Shown in pieces: positions 30,138-39,330 of a DNA stretch of 64,000 nt. The notes under the pieces are model-generated. The model did not search any database, had not been told where the DNA came from, and saw only the letters and a list, made by a program, of their open reading frames with translations. Source of the DNA: Verrucomicrobiota bacterium (GTDB lineage Bacteria > Verrucomicrobiota > Verrucomicrobiia > Limisphaerales > Palsa-1400); assembly GCA_049510745.1 (NCBI GenBank), contig JBEKYR010000001.1, positions 96,001 through 160,000 on the forward strand, read 5' to 3'. A program made the translations under genes and the position numbers. How positions within the stretch are numbered: the first letter of the stretch is position 1; each line of letters opens with the position of its first letter.

Positions 30138-32027
30138 CTACGGTGTGAGCAGTCGATAGAACTTGCTGCCCGTCTGCACCAGGTCCGTGACCACGTATTG
30201 CGTCGCGTTGGTCGGATACGGCGGCGCAATTACGGTCCAGCCGTTGGAGCCGGTTGTCAGGTCGGCCGTCGCTTCGAGCTGCCAATCGGGCGCGGGCTGC
30301 GGCCAGGAGATCACCACCGCGTTGGTCGGCGTGCTTGCGATTGACAACAGCGGCGCGACTGCAATTTGTGAAATGCTCACATCATCCACATACCACGCAT
30401 ACGCCGCGGTATAGACGCTCGAGTAGGCCGAGAAGCGCACCGCAAAATAAGGGCCAGCGGCACTGGCCGGAACCGTGTCTGTATAGGATTGGTATTGAGT
30501 CGAGCCATCGCCAATGATGGTCCGCAGATTCTGCCAGGTAAAGGAACTGGAGTCGAAATACTCGATTATGAACGATTGGCTGGACGGGATTTCGTCGGGG
30601 TTCACCTTGTATTGCACCAGTGCCGCCCCGCTCAACTGCATTGGCAGGGTGCGCACCGTTCCGAGCTTCTGGTTGTAGTTGAAACCCCGGCCAATGTTGA
30701 TCTCCAGATGCTGATACTGGCAGTCAACCTGATCCGCCGCGGTCCATTTGGCCGGGTCCGGCATGGAGCTGTTATTGTTGAAATTATCCGCGAAGGGCAG
30801 TGAGGTCGTCGGTGTCGTCACCGTCCCCGCCGTCAAACAAGCCGCACTCGCCGCGGTGGCGCGAATTCGGGCGATGTTCAAGTCTTCAAACGAGTAATAG
30901 CCGACACTACAGCCGCCCAAGCTGGAGCACATAATGCGACAGCGGGGGTCGCTGTCGTAATCGCAGTGATAGGCGTTAAAACTGTGGCCGATCTCATGGG
31001 CGGAAAGGGCGATGCGCTTGCCCAGATCGGTTTGCGAGCGCGAACAGGCAAAGCTGTAATGATCGAAACCGGGGCATACCTGGTCCTCAATGCTATCGCC
31101 GATGATACTGCCGAAGTTCTTCCCCGTGAACAGATGAGCGATGTCGCGGGGTATGTCCTGATGGTTGTTTATCCAGTCGAGGCGAAACTGAGCCAGCAGC
31201 CCATCCGCTGTCGTTGCGTCGTAGGGGTCGGGCTCAGCCGATCGCACAAGGATCTGTGTGAGTTGAAACGACACCCCGGTATCACGTTCAAAGATCGCCG
31301 AAACGCCGTTGATGATGGTCTCGATGTCCGCGACGGTGTTGCTCACCGAACTCCCGTTCAAAGTGTAATACTCATAGTCGGCGTCGCAGGCGATTTGGCA
31401 TACCAGCACATCCAGGTTCGTCGATTGACCGTTCCTGGGGGTCGCACCGGAATCCTTGGCCATGGGAACATCGTGGTTTCCACAAACTCCGGATTCCCCG
31501 CCCGAATCCTCGGTGTTGTAAACCACATGCTGCCCGGCCGCCGCGTCCGCCAGAACAGTCTGCAGCGGCTCAATCACCCAGGTCGAGTCGTTGGCATCGC
31601 CCAGGCGAACAAACGCGCGTATCCTGCCTTTCGTGAACGAGGCCAGGACGCTGCTCCCCCCACAACCGGCTACATAGCCTCGATAGGTCTGGAAGTCGGG
31701 AGCCGGCACGTCGTGAAATCCCCCGTTACCGTCCTGCACCACCACCCGAAATCCGGGCGCCCGCAGCGAATGTTTCTGCAAGACGATTTGGTGCGGCTGC
31801 CCCGCCAGTTGGAGGCTGAACTTAAGCTCCCCTGACATTTCCACCGACTCCAGATCCTGCAGTGTGAACTTGCCAACATGCAACTGGTCAACCACCCGCT
31901 GCTGCACGACCGAGTCGGCGGGCGCCCTCGTGGAATTGGTTTGGCCGTGACAAGGAAAGAGACTGGCTAATGCAATTAGAGAAGCCCAAAACCCTGGAGA
32001 CGGCAGATAGACTCTTCGGTTTGACAT
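30138..32027 (-). CDS. Secreted reprolysin-like (M12) zinc metalloprotease
   Basis: HEIGHSFNAYH plus Met-turn (CRIMC), pro-domain with CGN Cys switch, DIAHLFTG. Start chosen at MSNRRVYL, ahead of a signal-like segment. Confidence 0.88.
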   Translation of the reverse strand: MSNRRVYLPSPGFWASLIALASLFPCHGQTNSTRAPADSVVQQRVVDQLHVGKFTLQDLESVEMSGELKFSLQLAGQPHQIVLQKHSLRAPGFRVVVQDGNGGFHDVPAPDFQTYRGYVAGCGGSSVLASFTKGRIRAFVRLGDANDSTWVIEPLQTVLADAAAGQHVVYNTEDSGGESGVCGNHDVPMAKDSGATPRNGQSTNLDVLVCQIACDADYEYYTLNGSSVSNTVADIETIINGVSAIFERDTGVSFQLTQILVRSAEPDPYDATTADGLLAQFRLDWINNHQDIPRDIAHLFTGKNFGSIIGDSIEDQVCPGFDHYSFACSRSQTDLGKRIALSAHEIGHSFNAYHCDYDSDPRCRIMCSSLGGCSVGYYSFEDLNIARIRATAASAACLTAGTVTTPTTSLPFADNFNNNSSMPDPAKWTAADQVDCQYQHLEINIGRGFNYNQKLGTVRTLPMQLSGAALVQYKVNPDEIPSSQSFIIEYFDSSSFTWQNLRTIIGDGSTQYQSYTDTVPASAAGPYFAVRFSAYSSVYTAAYAWYVDDVSISQIAVAPLLSIASTPTNAVVISWPQPAPDWQLEATADLTTGSNGWTVIAPPYPTNATQYVVTDLVQTGSKFYRLLTP

Positions 32028-32260
32028 AAATCTGGTGGGAATTTGCTTTTCGATTCTCCGCCCTTTCACTGAGGCTGCGCGGGCGGGGGAGGGTTGGTTC
32101 TGGATCGCGCTCATCTTGAAAATTCTCTTTCCAATCATAATGGTCATCACGATGCAGAAAAGAAGTCAAGAGAAATCTTTTCACAGCCATCCCACAGAAA
32201 ATCAAGAAAAGTGCCGGCTTGACCGTTTAAACCTGCCACACGGCAGGTATGAAAAAAAAA

Positions 32261-32310
32261 GTACTCCGTTTCGCTCCGTTTTACTCCGTTTTAGTCCATC
32301 TTGCTCCGTT
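32261..32310. repeat. 10-bp tandem array, 5 units (consensus TT[A/G]CTCCGTT)
   Basis: gtactccgtt tcgctccgtt ttactccgtt ttagtccatc ttgctccgtt. Confidence 0.85.
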
Positions 32311-32619
32311 TTGGCCTCAAGCGAAACCAAAGAGGAGATTGCCGCAAAAGATCACAGAGATCACAAAGAAAAGAATATAAGTTACTGACTATGTGCGCTT
32401 TACCTGTTCATTTGTGGCAAAAATCCTCTCAACGCGGCAAACCTTTTCGGGAGAGCCTCGCAAAGCGGCGTCCGCCTGCGCGTGAGGCAGGTTCCTTCCG
32501 GCCTGGGGTGCCTGCGCCCGTGGTGAGGCGGCATGGGGCGTGGCCCTGCGGCGAGGGAAAGGACCAAGCCCCGGCAACTCCAGCCTTCGCTCAAGGCGAG
32601 CTACGGCTGGCAGGCCAGT

Positions 32620-32679
32620 TTATGTCAAACAGCGAGTCCTCGCCTTGGTTCATAGTCCCATGTTTTCCCATGATTGCAA
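32620..32679 (-). promoter_or_regulatory. Candidate sigma70 promoter + hairpin + boxA-like motif (copy 1)
   Basis: Minus strand: TTGCAA-16 bp-GACTAT with TG extension, then GCGA-GGAC-TCGC and CGCTGTTTGACATAA. Confidence 0.5.
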
Positions 32680-32930
32680 GCATTTTTTACTGGATAACAG
32701 GCGTGAGGTAACGAGGGGGACGTCGCTGCGGCCCATGCAGAGGTCTCGTCGTCGTTTGTCGCCGCAGTCACAAGGATCATAAGCAATTGTAGCGCAATCG
32801 CTTGCACTTAAAGTTGGAGAAAACTACGGTTTGAGCCTGGTGACGACCTGTGAGATAAACGCAAAGGGCAAAAGACGCCAAGACTTAGCGCGGCAAGCCG
32901 CAACCAAAGGAAGGCGACCACGGATCGCAC

Positions 32931-33072
32931 GGATCGCAGAGATGAACAAATTATCGGGAAGACAAGTGAACAAATTGTCGGGCTGACGCTGGCGCGTGGG
33001 CTGGCGCGTGGGGATAAGAAGCGACGGGTTTTCCATCCGTGAAAATCCGCGGAATCCGTGGTAAGAAACTTT
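32931..33072 (+). repeat. Dispersed modular repeat with copies at 47646-47750 (inverted) and 47897-47948 (direct)
   Basis: gagatgaacaaattatcgggaagac...ctggcgcgtggggataagaagcgacgggttttccatccgtgaaaatccgcg.aatccgtggtaagaaacttt is shared nearly exactly. Confidence 0.92.
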
Positions 33073-33147
33073 CCCGAAAATGAATGATTCTGAGGCATGG
33101 CACTACCGCAAAAAAGCCAGCTTTGCTTTGCGACTTCGCGTCCTACG

Positions 33148-33288
33148 CCCCTTGCGTTTCGTCTGGTCCGTTCCGGGTGCCGCGGGATCGGGGGAGGTTA
33201 AGGAAACCGGGACAGACCGGCCCAACGCACCGATGCCGCAAACCACCCAGAAAATACAAATTTCCTAGGCCTGACCCTTTTCACTTTC
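33148..33288 (+). repeat. About 140-bp dispersed element, copy B
   Basis: Direct repeat of 29834-29973. Confidence 0.85.
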
Positions 33289-33392
33289 AAGAAACCTGAT
33301 ACGAATAAAGCACCTCAGAGTGGCTGGTTTTGATTCGACCCCAACTGGCTCGTTTTGAAGTGACCGGTGACAGGATTATTATGCAGGTTCGT

Positions 33393-34418
33393 TTATGCGC
33401 GAATCGCATACACAATAATGGAGATGATGAGGATGGCCACCACCGAAAACAACAAAATGGTGGCGACAACGTTGTCAGGGTTATTTTTTGATTTTTTCGC
33501 CAAACTTGGCTGCATCGGCCCGCTGGACGATTTGTCGGTTATAACTGCGCGACGTGTTGTCATATCTACAACAATATGCCCTTCAAGCTGCCATTGCAAT
33601 TTCCCATCTTTATCTTTTGTCATCTGCGGAAACGCGGTGAACGGTTCCGCTTGGTATCCAAATTGGACGGGCTGCAAACGCAAATCCCAAAGTTGCGCAT
33701 TTACCTCCTTTGGCGTCACACCGATAGCAGTACGCTGCCCCGTCATCCAATTCTCATCTACCACAAGATTAGGCACCGTTGCAAAATTACCGGGCAGCAT
33801 ATCTGGGATCGGGCAATCGCACGTTATCCAATCAGGAGAATCACTAAGCCTGTCCTCGAACCAAGGCGGGTTGAATTTGAGCTTGAGACTTTTTAAGACA
33901 GTTACCTTTATAGTCCCTTGTTTAATTTCGTTGGATGAGATGTTTTTTAATACAAATTCTGCTTTGATATTTGTGGTGCCTGGAACTACCGGCACTATCA
34001 CAAATCCCTTTACTTCCTCATCCTCAATCGCCACCCTGTTGAGCCTAGACGAAAAATCAAACCGTGGATCGGTGAGCATAAGCGGAAAGCCTTTGGATTC
34101 GGAGAGAGCAAAGCCTAGTTCTAAACTTGGACGGCTGGGTGAAGGCAGCGCGGATTTGCCCCACTCCAACCAACAAAGAAGCGAGCAGAAAAGTAATGCA
34201 AAGGCAATTATCGAGTCTCCCCACCTTTTTGCTGGTTTAGGCTCAGTGCCGGTGTTAATAAGCTCTGCCTCCAGTGCTTTTCCGCAGCAAAATAGTGCTC
34301 CAAACGCGAAGCATATCGCCAAAGGAATTGCTCTATGAAGATCATACAAAATACCACCGGCAAATCCGAAAGCAGCAAAAACCGAACCACACACAATAAT
34401 ATTTCTTGGATACTTCAT
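33393..34418 (-). CDS. Hypothetical membrane protein, AT-rich (likely acquired)
   Basis: 341-aa ORF with three N-terminal and one C-terminal hydrophobic segments. The DNA is visibly more AT-rich than the flanks. Confidence 0.7.
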   Translation of the reverse strand: MKYPRNIIVCGSVFAAFGFAGGILYDLHRAIPLAICFAFGALFCCGKALEAELINTGTEPKPAKRWGDSIIAFALLFCSLLCWLEWGKSALPSPSRPSLELGFALSESKGFPLMLTDPRFDFSSRLNRVAIEDEEVKGFVIVPVVPGTTNIKAEFVLKNISSNEIKQGTIKVTVLKSLKLKFNPPWFEDRLSDSPDWITCDCPIPDMLPGNFATVPNLVVDENWMTGQRTAIGVTPKEVNAQLWDLRLQPVQFGYQAEPFTAFPQMTKDKDGKLQWQLEGHIVVDMTTRRAVITDKSSSGPMQPSLAKKSKNNPDNVVATILLFSVVAILIISIIVYAIRA

Positions 34419-34590
34419 ATCGGGCCTTTTGGTTTCGGCATATTATTTTTCGCTGGGTTCCTGTGTGGATTTATTATTGGGTGCGCCGTTTCTCGTTAGA
34501 ATTTCAACTTTTTTTATAATGGCAACACGTTTTACAGGAAGTAAATTGCACGAGTTAAGGGTGCGTCAGTTAAGTGGAAAGCCCGTAGAA

Positions 34591-34642
34591 GAAAAAAGGG
34601 TCAGAGAAGAAAAAAAAGGGTCAGTCCTAGGATATTGGTATT
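34591..34642 (-). repeat. Inverted end of the CTGACCC element (copy C), doubled
   Basis: Reverse complement aataccaatatcctaggactgaccctttt...ctctgaccctttt matches the 3' ends of copies A and B. Confidence 0.75.
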
Positions 34643-34833
34643 CAATCATTTTGAGAAACCAGCCAGTCCAGCATAATCGCATATTATCGTTTTCTTTCCA
34701 GATCCCGCAGCGGGCCGGGGCGGCTGGCTTCCGCCGTCGCTAAAGCTATGGCGGACAGGTGGTTGCTCCTCGGTTGCAGATTTCTTTCGTGCTTTAAAAG
34801 GTCACCAACTTCAGGCCTATTGCGCTGGCTAAC

Positions 34834-34845
34834 CAGGTAGATCAT
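34834..34845 (-). pseudogene. Putative remnant start (MIYL) of a VapC/PIN toxin
   Basis: ATGA overlap with the antitoxin stop. MIYL resembles PIN starts (MIYLDTS), but the acidic motif and the rest of the domain are absent. Confidence 0.4.
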
Positions 34846-35075
34846 CCCTCGCCTCCGCGCGCGTCCGCCACAATCTCGCTCAGGGATTTGCCGGGGGGAT
34901 TTTCGCCCCAAACAGCTTTGGCCCGGCGGACGAAGTCCGGTTGCGACGCGCCAGCGGGCACGAGTTTGGCAATCACCTTGTCGTGGTCAGTCATCTGAAC
35001 TTCTTCCCCAGACGCCACCCATTTCAAGATGTCCGGCCATCGCTCCGGCACTTGCTGAACGGTTGCTGTTTTCAC
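34842..35075 (-). CDS. Phd/YefM-type antitoxin
   Basis: (V)KTATVQQV...ILKWVASGEEVQMTDHDKVIAKLVP...LSEIVADAR. GTG start inferred. Confidence 0.8.
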   Translation of the reverse strand: MKTATVQQVPERWPDILKWVASGEEVQMTDHDKVIAKLVPAGASQPDFVRRAKAVWGENPPGKSLSEIVADARGGEG

Positions 35076-35246
35076 GAGGCCAAGATAGCTCCCCGCCGGT
35101 CGGCGGGCAAGAAAGCATTTCGGAAGCGGCGAAACCCGCATATCCGTTCCTAATCTTAACGCACCGTCTTCCTCTCAGGAAGAGGAAAAAGGCCAATACC
35201 AATTCTCACAGAAAACCAGCAAATTCAGGATAAAGGCCAAAGAAGA

Positions 35247-35294
35247 GCAGTCGGCGGGGCGCCGACTGCAGCGGGCGGGGCGCCCGCGCTCCCC
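35247..35294 (+). repeat. REP-like double-hairpin element
   Basis: gcagtcggc-gggg-c-gccgactgc then gcgggcg-ggg-cgcccgc-gctcccc. Related copies at 49355-49402 and 47958-47980. Confidence 0.75.
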
Positions 35295-35316
35295 GAAAAC
35301 AGGGAATGGTTCAAGA

Positions 35317-36087
35317 TTAGCCGCCGTTGATGGGCGCGATCACTACTTCGCGTCCGCGCTCGCGCAGTTGGCGCACCAATTCCTCCGGCGCGCCCGGATC
35401 GGTCACGATGACGTGGAGGCTCTCAAGCGGACAGAGCATGGAAAGGGAGCGGCGCCCGAACTTGGTGCTGTCAAGACAAAATATCACCCGCTGCGCCGCC
35501 CGGATCATCGCCCGCTGGATTTCGATGAGCAGGCCGTGCGAATTGCTCACGCCTTCCAGCGTGATCCCGCCCGCGCTCATCACCGCCACGTCGGCGTGGA
35601 TTTTGGAGAAGGCTTCCACCGCCAGCGGCCCGACCAGCACCCCCAGCCGCGGATAGATCACGCCGCCGGAAACGATCAGTTCGACCCGGCTGGCCGCCGC
35701 GAAAAAATTCGCCACCGGCAGCGAATTGGTGATGATCTGCGGCATCTTCGGCTCAAGGTATTTTGCCGCGTGATAGGCGGTGGTGCCGGCGTCGATGATG
35801 ACCGTCTGGTTGGGACCAATCAATTCCGCGCAGGCGCGTCCAATGGCTTCTTTCTCGGGCAACTGATGGGTGTCGCGCGCGCTGAAGGCAAATTCATCCG
35901 ACGGCGGGTTGACCAGGCGCGCCCCGCCATGAGTGCGGCGCAAACTGCCGGTCGCCTCCAGCGCCGCAACGTCGCGGCGCACGGTCGAGACCGAGACTCC
36001 AACCTCCGCCGCAAGTTCCTCTAAAGAGGCAAATTCAACCTTGTTAAGGTAATCTTGAATCCGCTTTTGGCGCGCTTCTGGCTGCAT
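35317..36087 (-). CDS. DeoR/GlpR family regulator of the BMC locus (PvmR-like)
   Basis: VSVSTVRRDV...RRTHGGA, IIDAGTT, IITNS, DSTKFG. Divergent from the BMC operon. Confidence 0.93.
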   Translation of the reverse strand: MQPEARQKRIQDYLNKVEFASLEELAAEVGVSVSTVRRDVAALEATGSLRRTHGGARLVNPPSDEFAFSARDTHQLPEKEAIGRACAELIGPNQTVIIDAGTTAYHAAKYLEPKMPQIITNSLPVANFFAAASRVELIVSGGVIYPRLGVLVGPLAVEAFSKIHADVAVMSAGGITLEGVSNSHGLLIEIQRAMIRAAQRVIFCLDSTKFGRRSLSMLCPLESLHVIVTDPGAPEELVRQLRERGREVVIAPINGG

Positions 36088-36160
36088 TTGAAGGATTTTG
36101 GAACATTTTGGAAGTTTTTGCAAGAAATATATTGACGAATTCCATGTTTTTTGCCACATT
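36081..36160 (+). promoter_or_regulatory. 10-bp phased direct repeats (candidate DeoR operator) and BMC operon promoter
   Basis: gctgcatttg aaggattttg gaacattttg gaagtttttg, then TTGACG(36132)-17 bp-CACATT(36155). Confidence 0.6.
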
Positions 36161-36171
36161 TACCCAGAAAC

Positions 36172-36867
<696 letters not shown>

Positions 36868-36890
36868 TAACTTAACCACAGGAGAACCTA

Positions 36891-37184
36891 ATGAGTCAAG
36901 AAGCACTGGGCATGGTCGAAACCAAGGGGTACGTGGGCAGCGTCGAAGCCAGCGACGCCATGGTCAAGGCGGCCAATGTCACCCTGGTCAAAACAATACC
37001 CATCGGCGGCGGATTGATCACCGTCTTTGCCACCGGCGACGTCGGCAGCGTCAAAGCGGCCGTCGATGCCGGGGCCAAGGCGGCCGGCAAGGTGGGCGAA
37101 CTGGTCAGTTCCCACGTCCTGGCCCGCCCGCATGAAGACCTGATGAAGGTGTTCATCGGCGAACCGGCCAAAAAGCAATCCTGA
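36891..37184 (+). CDS. BMC-H shell hexamer
   Basis: ALGMVETKG...DAMVKAANV...GDVGSVKAA...HVLARPH. Confidence 0.96.
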   Translation: MSQEALGMVETKGYVGSVEASDAMVKAANVTLVKTIPIGGGLITVFATGDVGSVKAAVDAGAKAAGKVGELVSSHVLARPHEDLMKVFIGEPAKKQS

Positions 37185-37204
37185 ACCTTTAACCCACATT
37201 TGAT

Positions 37205-37483
37205 ATGGCACAACAAGCAATCGGCATGATCGAAACAAAGGGCCTCTGCGCGCTGATGGAAGCGACGGACGCCGCGCTCAAGGCGGCCAACGTCCAGTTT
37301 GTCGGCTGGGAAAAAATCGGCAGCGGCTATGTCACCGTCTTTTTCCGCGGGGACGTGGCCGCCGTCAAGGCCGCGACCGACGTGGGAGTGGCGGCGGCGG
37401 CGCAAGTCGGCAGCGTGGTCAGCGTGCAGGTCATTCCCCGTCCGCACGAGGGCCTGGCCGGCCTGGGCAAGTGGCTGCAATAG
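37205..37483 (+). CDS. BMC-H shell hexamer
   Basis: AIGMIETKG...KAANV...GDVAAVKAA...VIPRPH. Confidence 0.96.
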   Translation: MAQQAIGMIETKGLCALMEATDAALKAANVQFVGWEKIGSGYVTVFFRGDVAAVKAATDVGVAAAAQVGSVVSVQVIPRPHEGLAGLGKWLQ

Positions 37484-37488
37484 GGTGA

Positions 37489-38673
37489 ATGAAGATACTC
37501 GTCGCCAACCTTGGCTCGACGTCGCTGAAATTTCGCCTGTTCGATTTTTCCGGCGGCCAGGAGCGTCTGCTCACGCGTGGCGGCATCGAGCGCGTGACGG
37601 ATTATGCCGGGGCCATCGATTCGTGTCTGGACCAACTGCGGCAGGGGGCGTGGATCGAGCGGGAAAGCGATTTGGCGGCAGTGGGCTTCAAAACGATTAT
37701 GGCGCGCGGGATCAACGGCTGTGTCCGCCTGGAGGATGGCGTGGTGCGGGCCATGGAGGAGTACAACACAGTCGCGCCCGCGCACAATCCGCCCTATATC
37801 ACAGGCATTCGTCTGTTTGCCAAACGCATGCCCGGCGTGCCTTTGGTCGGCCTCTTTGAAACGGCGTTTTACCAGCGGGCGCCGGAGGCGGCGATGCGCT
37901 ATGCTGTGCCCGAAGCCTGGCATCAGGCCGGGGTGCGCCGGTGGGGTTTTCACGGCGCCAGCCATAAATTCATCGCCGAACGCTCGGCGGAATTGCTCGG
38001 GCGCGAAGACGTGGCCCAACGGGCGCGCCTGCTTTACGTGAAGGGCGGCGAAACCCCGGTGCGCTCCCCTGCCCTGCGCGTCATCTCCTGTCATCTGGGC
38101 GGCAGTTCGTCGGTCACCGGCATCCGCAACGGCGTGGCCATCGGCAACAGTATGGGATTCAGCCCGCAATCGGGATTGCCGCAGAACAATCGCGTGGGCG
38201 ACCTGGACGCTTTTGCACTGCCGTATGTGATGCGGGCGACCGACGTGACGCTGGCGGAGGCCGGGCGCCAACTGTGCGAGGAATCGGGCCTCAAGGCCCT
38301 TTCGGGCGGATACAACGACATTCGCGACATCGCGGCGCAGGCCGCCCAAGGCAACGCCCGCGCGCAATTGGCGCTGGATGTTTTTGTGGACAGCGCGCGC
38401 CATTGGATCGGCGCGTATTATCTGCAACTCAACGGCATCGACGCGCTGGTTTTCACCGCCGGCATCGGCGAAAACCGCGCCGAGTTGCGGGCGGCCATCT
38501 GCCGCGATCTGGACCAACTGGGCATCGTCTTGGACGCCGGCCTGAACGAGGGCGCGCGCGCCCAGGAGGCGGTGATCAGCGGGCCGGAATCGCGCGTCAA
38601 AGTCATGATCATTCCCGCCAACGAAGAATTGGTCGTCGCCCGCGAGGTGCGCCGCTTTCTTCAATCTAATTAA
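37489..38673 (+). CDS. ackA: Acetate/propionate kinase family protein (divergent)
   Basis: ILVANLGSTSLK, APAHN, WGFHGASH, HLGGSSS, LVFTAGIGEN, PANEE. Confidence 0.9.
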   Translation: MKILVANLGSTSLKFRLFDFSGGQERLLTRGGIERVTDYAGAIDSCLDQLRQGAWIERESDLAAVGFKTIMARGINGCVRLEDGVVRAMEEYNTVAPAHNPPYITGIRLFAKRMPGVPLVGLFETAFYQRAPEAAMRYAVPEAWHQAGVRRWGFHGASHKFIAERSAELLGREDVAQRARLLYVKGGETPVRSPALRVISCHLGGSSSVTGIRNGVAIGNSMGFSPQSGLPQNNRVGDLDAFALPYVMRATDVTLAEAGRQLCEESGLKALSGGYNDIRDIAAQAAQGNARAQLALDVFVDSARHWIGAYYLQLNGIDALVFTAGIGENRAELRAAICRDLDQLGIVLDAGLNEGARAQEAVISGPESRVKVMIIPANEELVVAREVRRFLQSN

Positions 38674-38715
38674 ACCCATCACCCCATTACCGAACCTGAA
38701 AGGAAAGAAAACATT

Positions 38716-39009
38716 ATGGCACATCAAGCAATCGGACTCATTGAAACGCGCGGATTGATCGCCCTGGTCGAGGGCACCGACGCCATGCTCAAGGCGGCCA
38801 ACGTCGAACTGGCCGGCCCGATGCAGCAAGTCGGCAACGCCCTGGTCACGGCCGTGGTCGTGGGCGACGTGGCGGCCGTCAAGGCCGCGACCGACGCCGG
38901 CGCGCAGGCGATCAAGGCGAACAAGGGCGAACTGGTCAGCGTCCATGTCATCGCCCGGCCGCACTCGGAGGTGGAAGCCGTGCTGCCGCACAAACCGCAA
39001 GGGAAATAG
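38716..39009 (+). CDS. BMC-H shell hexamer
   Basis: AIGLIETRG...DAMLKAANV...GDVAAVKAA...HVIARPH. Confidence 0.96.
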   Translation: MAHQAIGLIETRGLIALVEGTDAMLKAANVELAGPMQQVGNALVTAVVVGDVAAVKAATDAGAQAIKANKGELVSVHVIARPHSEVEAVLPHKPQGK

Positions 39010-39011
39010 TT

Positions 39012-39323
39012 ATGTTCCTGGCGCGAGTCGAAGGCGCGGTCGTGGCGACGAAGAAAGACCCGTCGATGAACGGGCGCACCCTGCTGTTGTTGCGGCCGCA
39101 ACTGGTGGATGAGAAGGACCCGACGCGGTTCCGGGCGGGGGTCAACACGATTGTTGCCGTGGACAGCATCGGGGCGGGCGTGGGCGAGATGGTGCTCTTT
39201 TGCCAGGGCAGCTCGGCGCGGCTGGCCCCCACCCTGAAGGACGCCCCCGTCGATGCAGTCATCATCGGCATCGTCGATGTGGTCGATGTCTTGGGGAAAC
39301 AAGTCTATAGCGCAAAGGCGTAA
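39012..39323 (+). CDS. BMC-P vertex pentamer (EutN/CcmL family)
   Basis: MFLARVEGAVVATKK...AVDSIGAGVGE...GSSAR...DAVIIGIVD. Confidence 0.95.
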   Translation: MFLARVEGAVVATKKDPSMNGRTLLLLRPQLVDEKDPTRFRAGVNTIVAVDSIGAGVGEMVLFCQGSSARLAPTLKDAPVDAVIIGIVDVVDVLGKQVYSAKA

Positions 39324-39330
39324 TTTCATT

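Noticed and set aside
32436..32500. c-di-GMP-I riboswitch-like words (GGCAAACC...GCAAAGC)
   Set aside because: The stem around the tetraloop pairs poorly, the downstream consensus is missing and there is no sense gene downstream. An Infernal hit would be needed.
33367..34338. 323-aa plus-strand ORF overlapping the AT-rich gene
   Set aside because: It is the Ser-rich antisense mirror of 33393-34418, which has a proper ATG and TM organisation.
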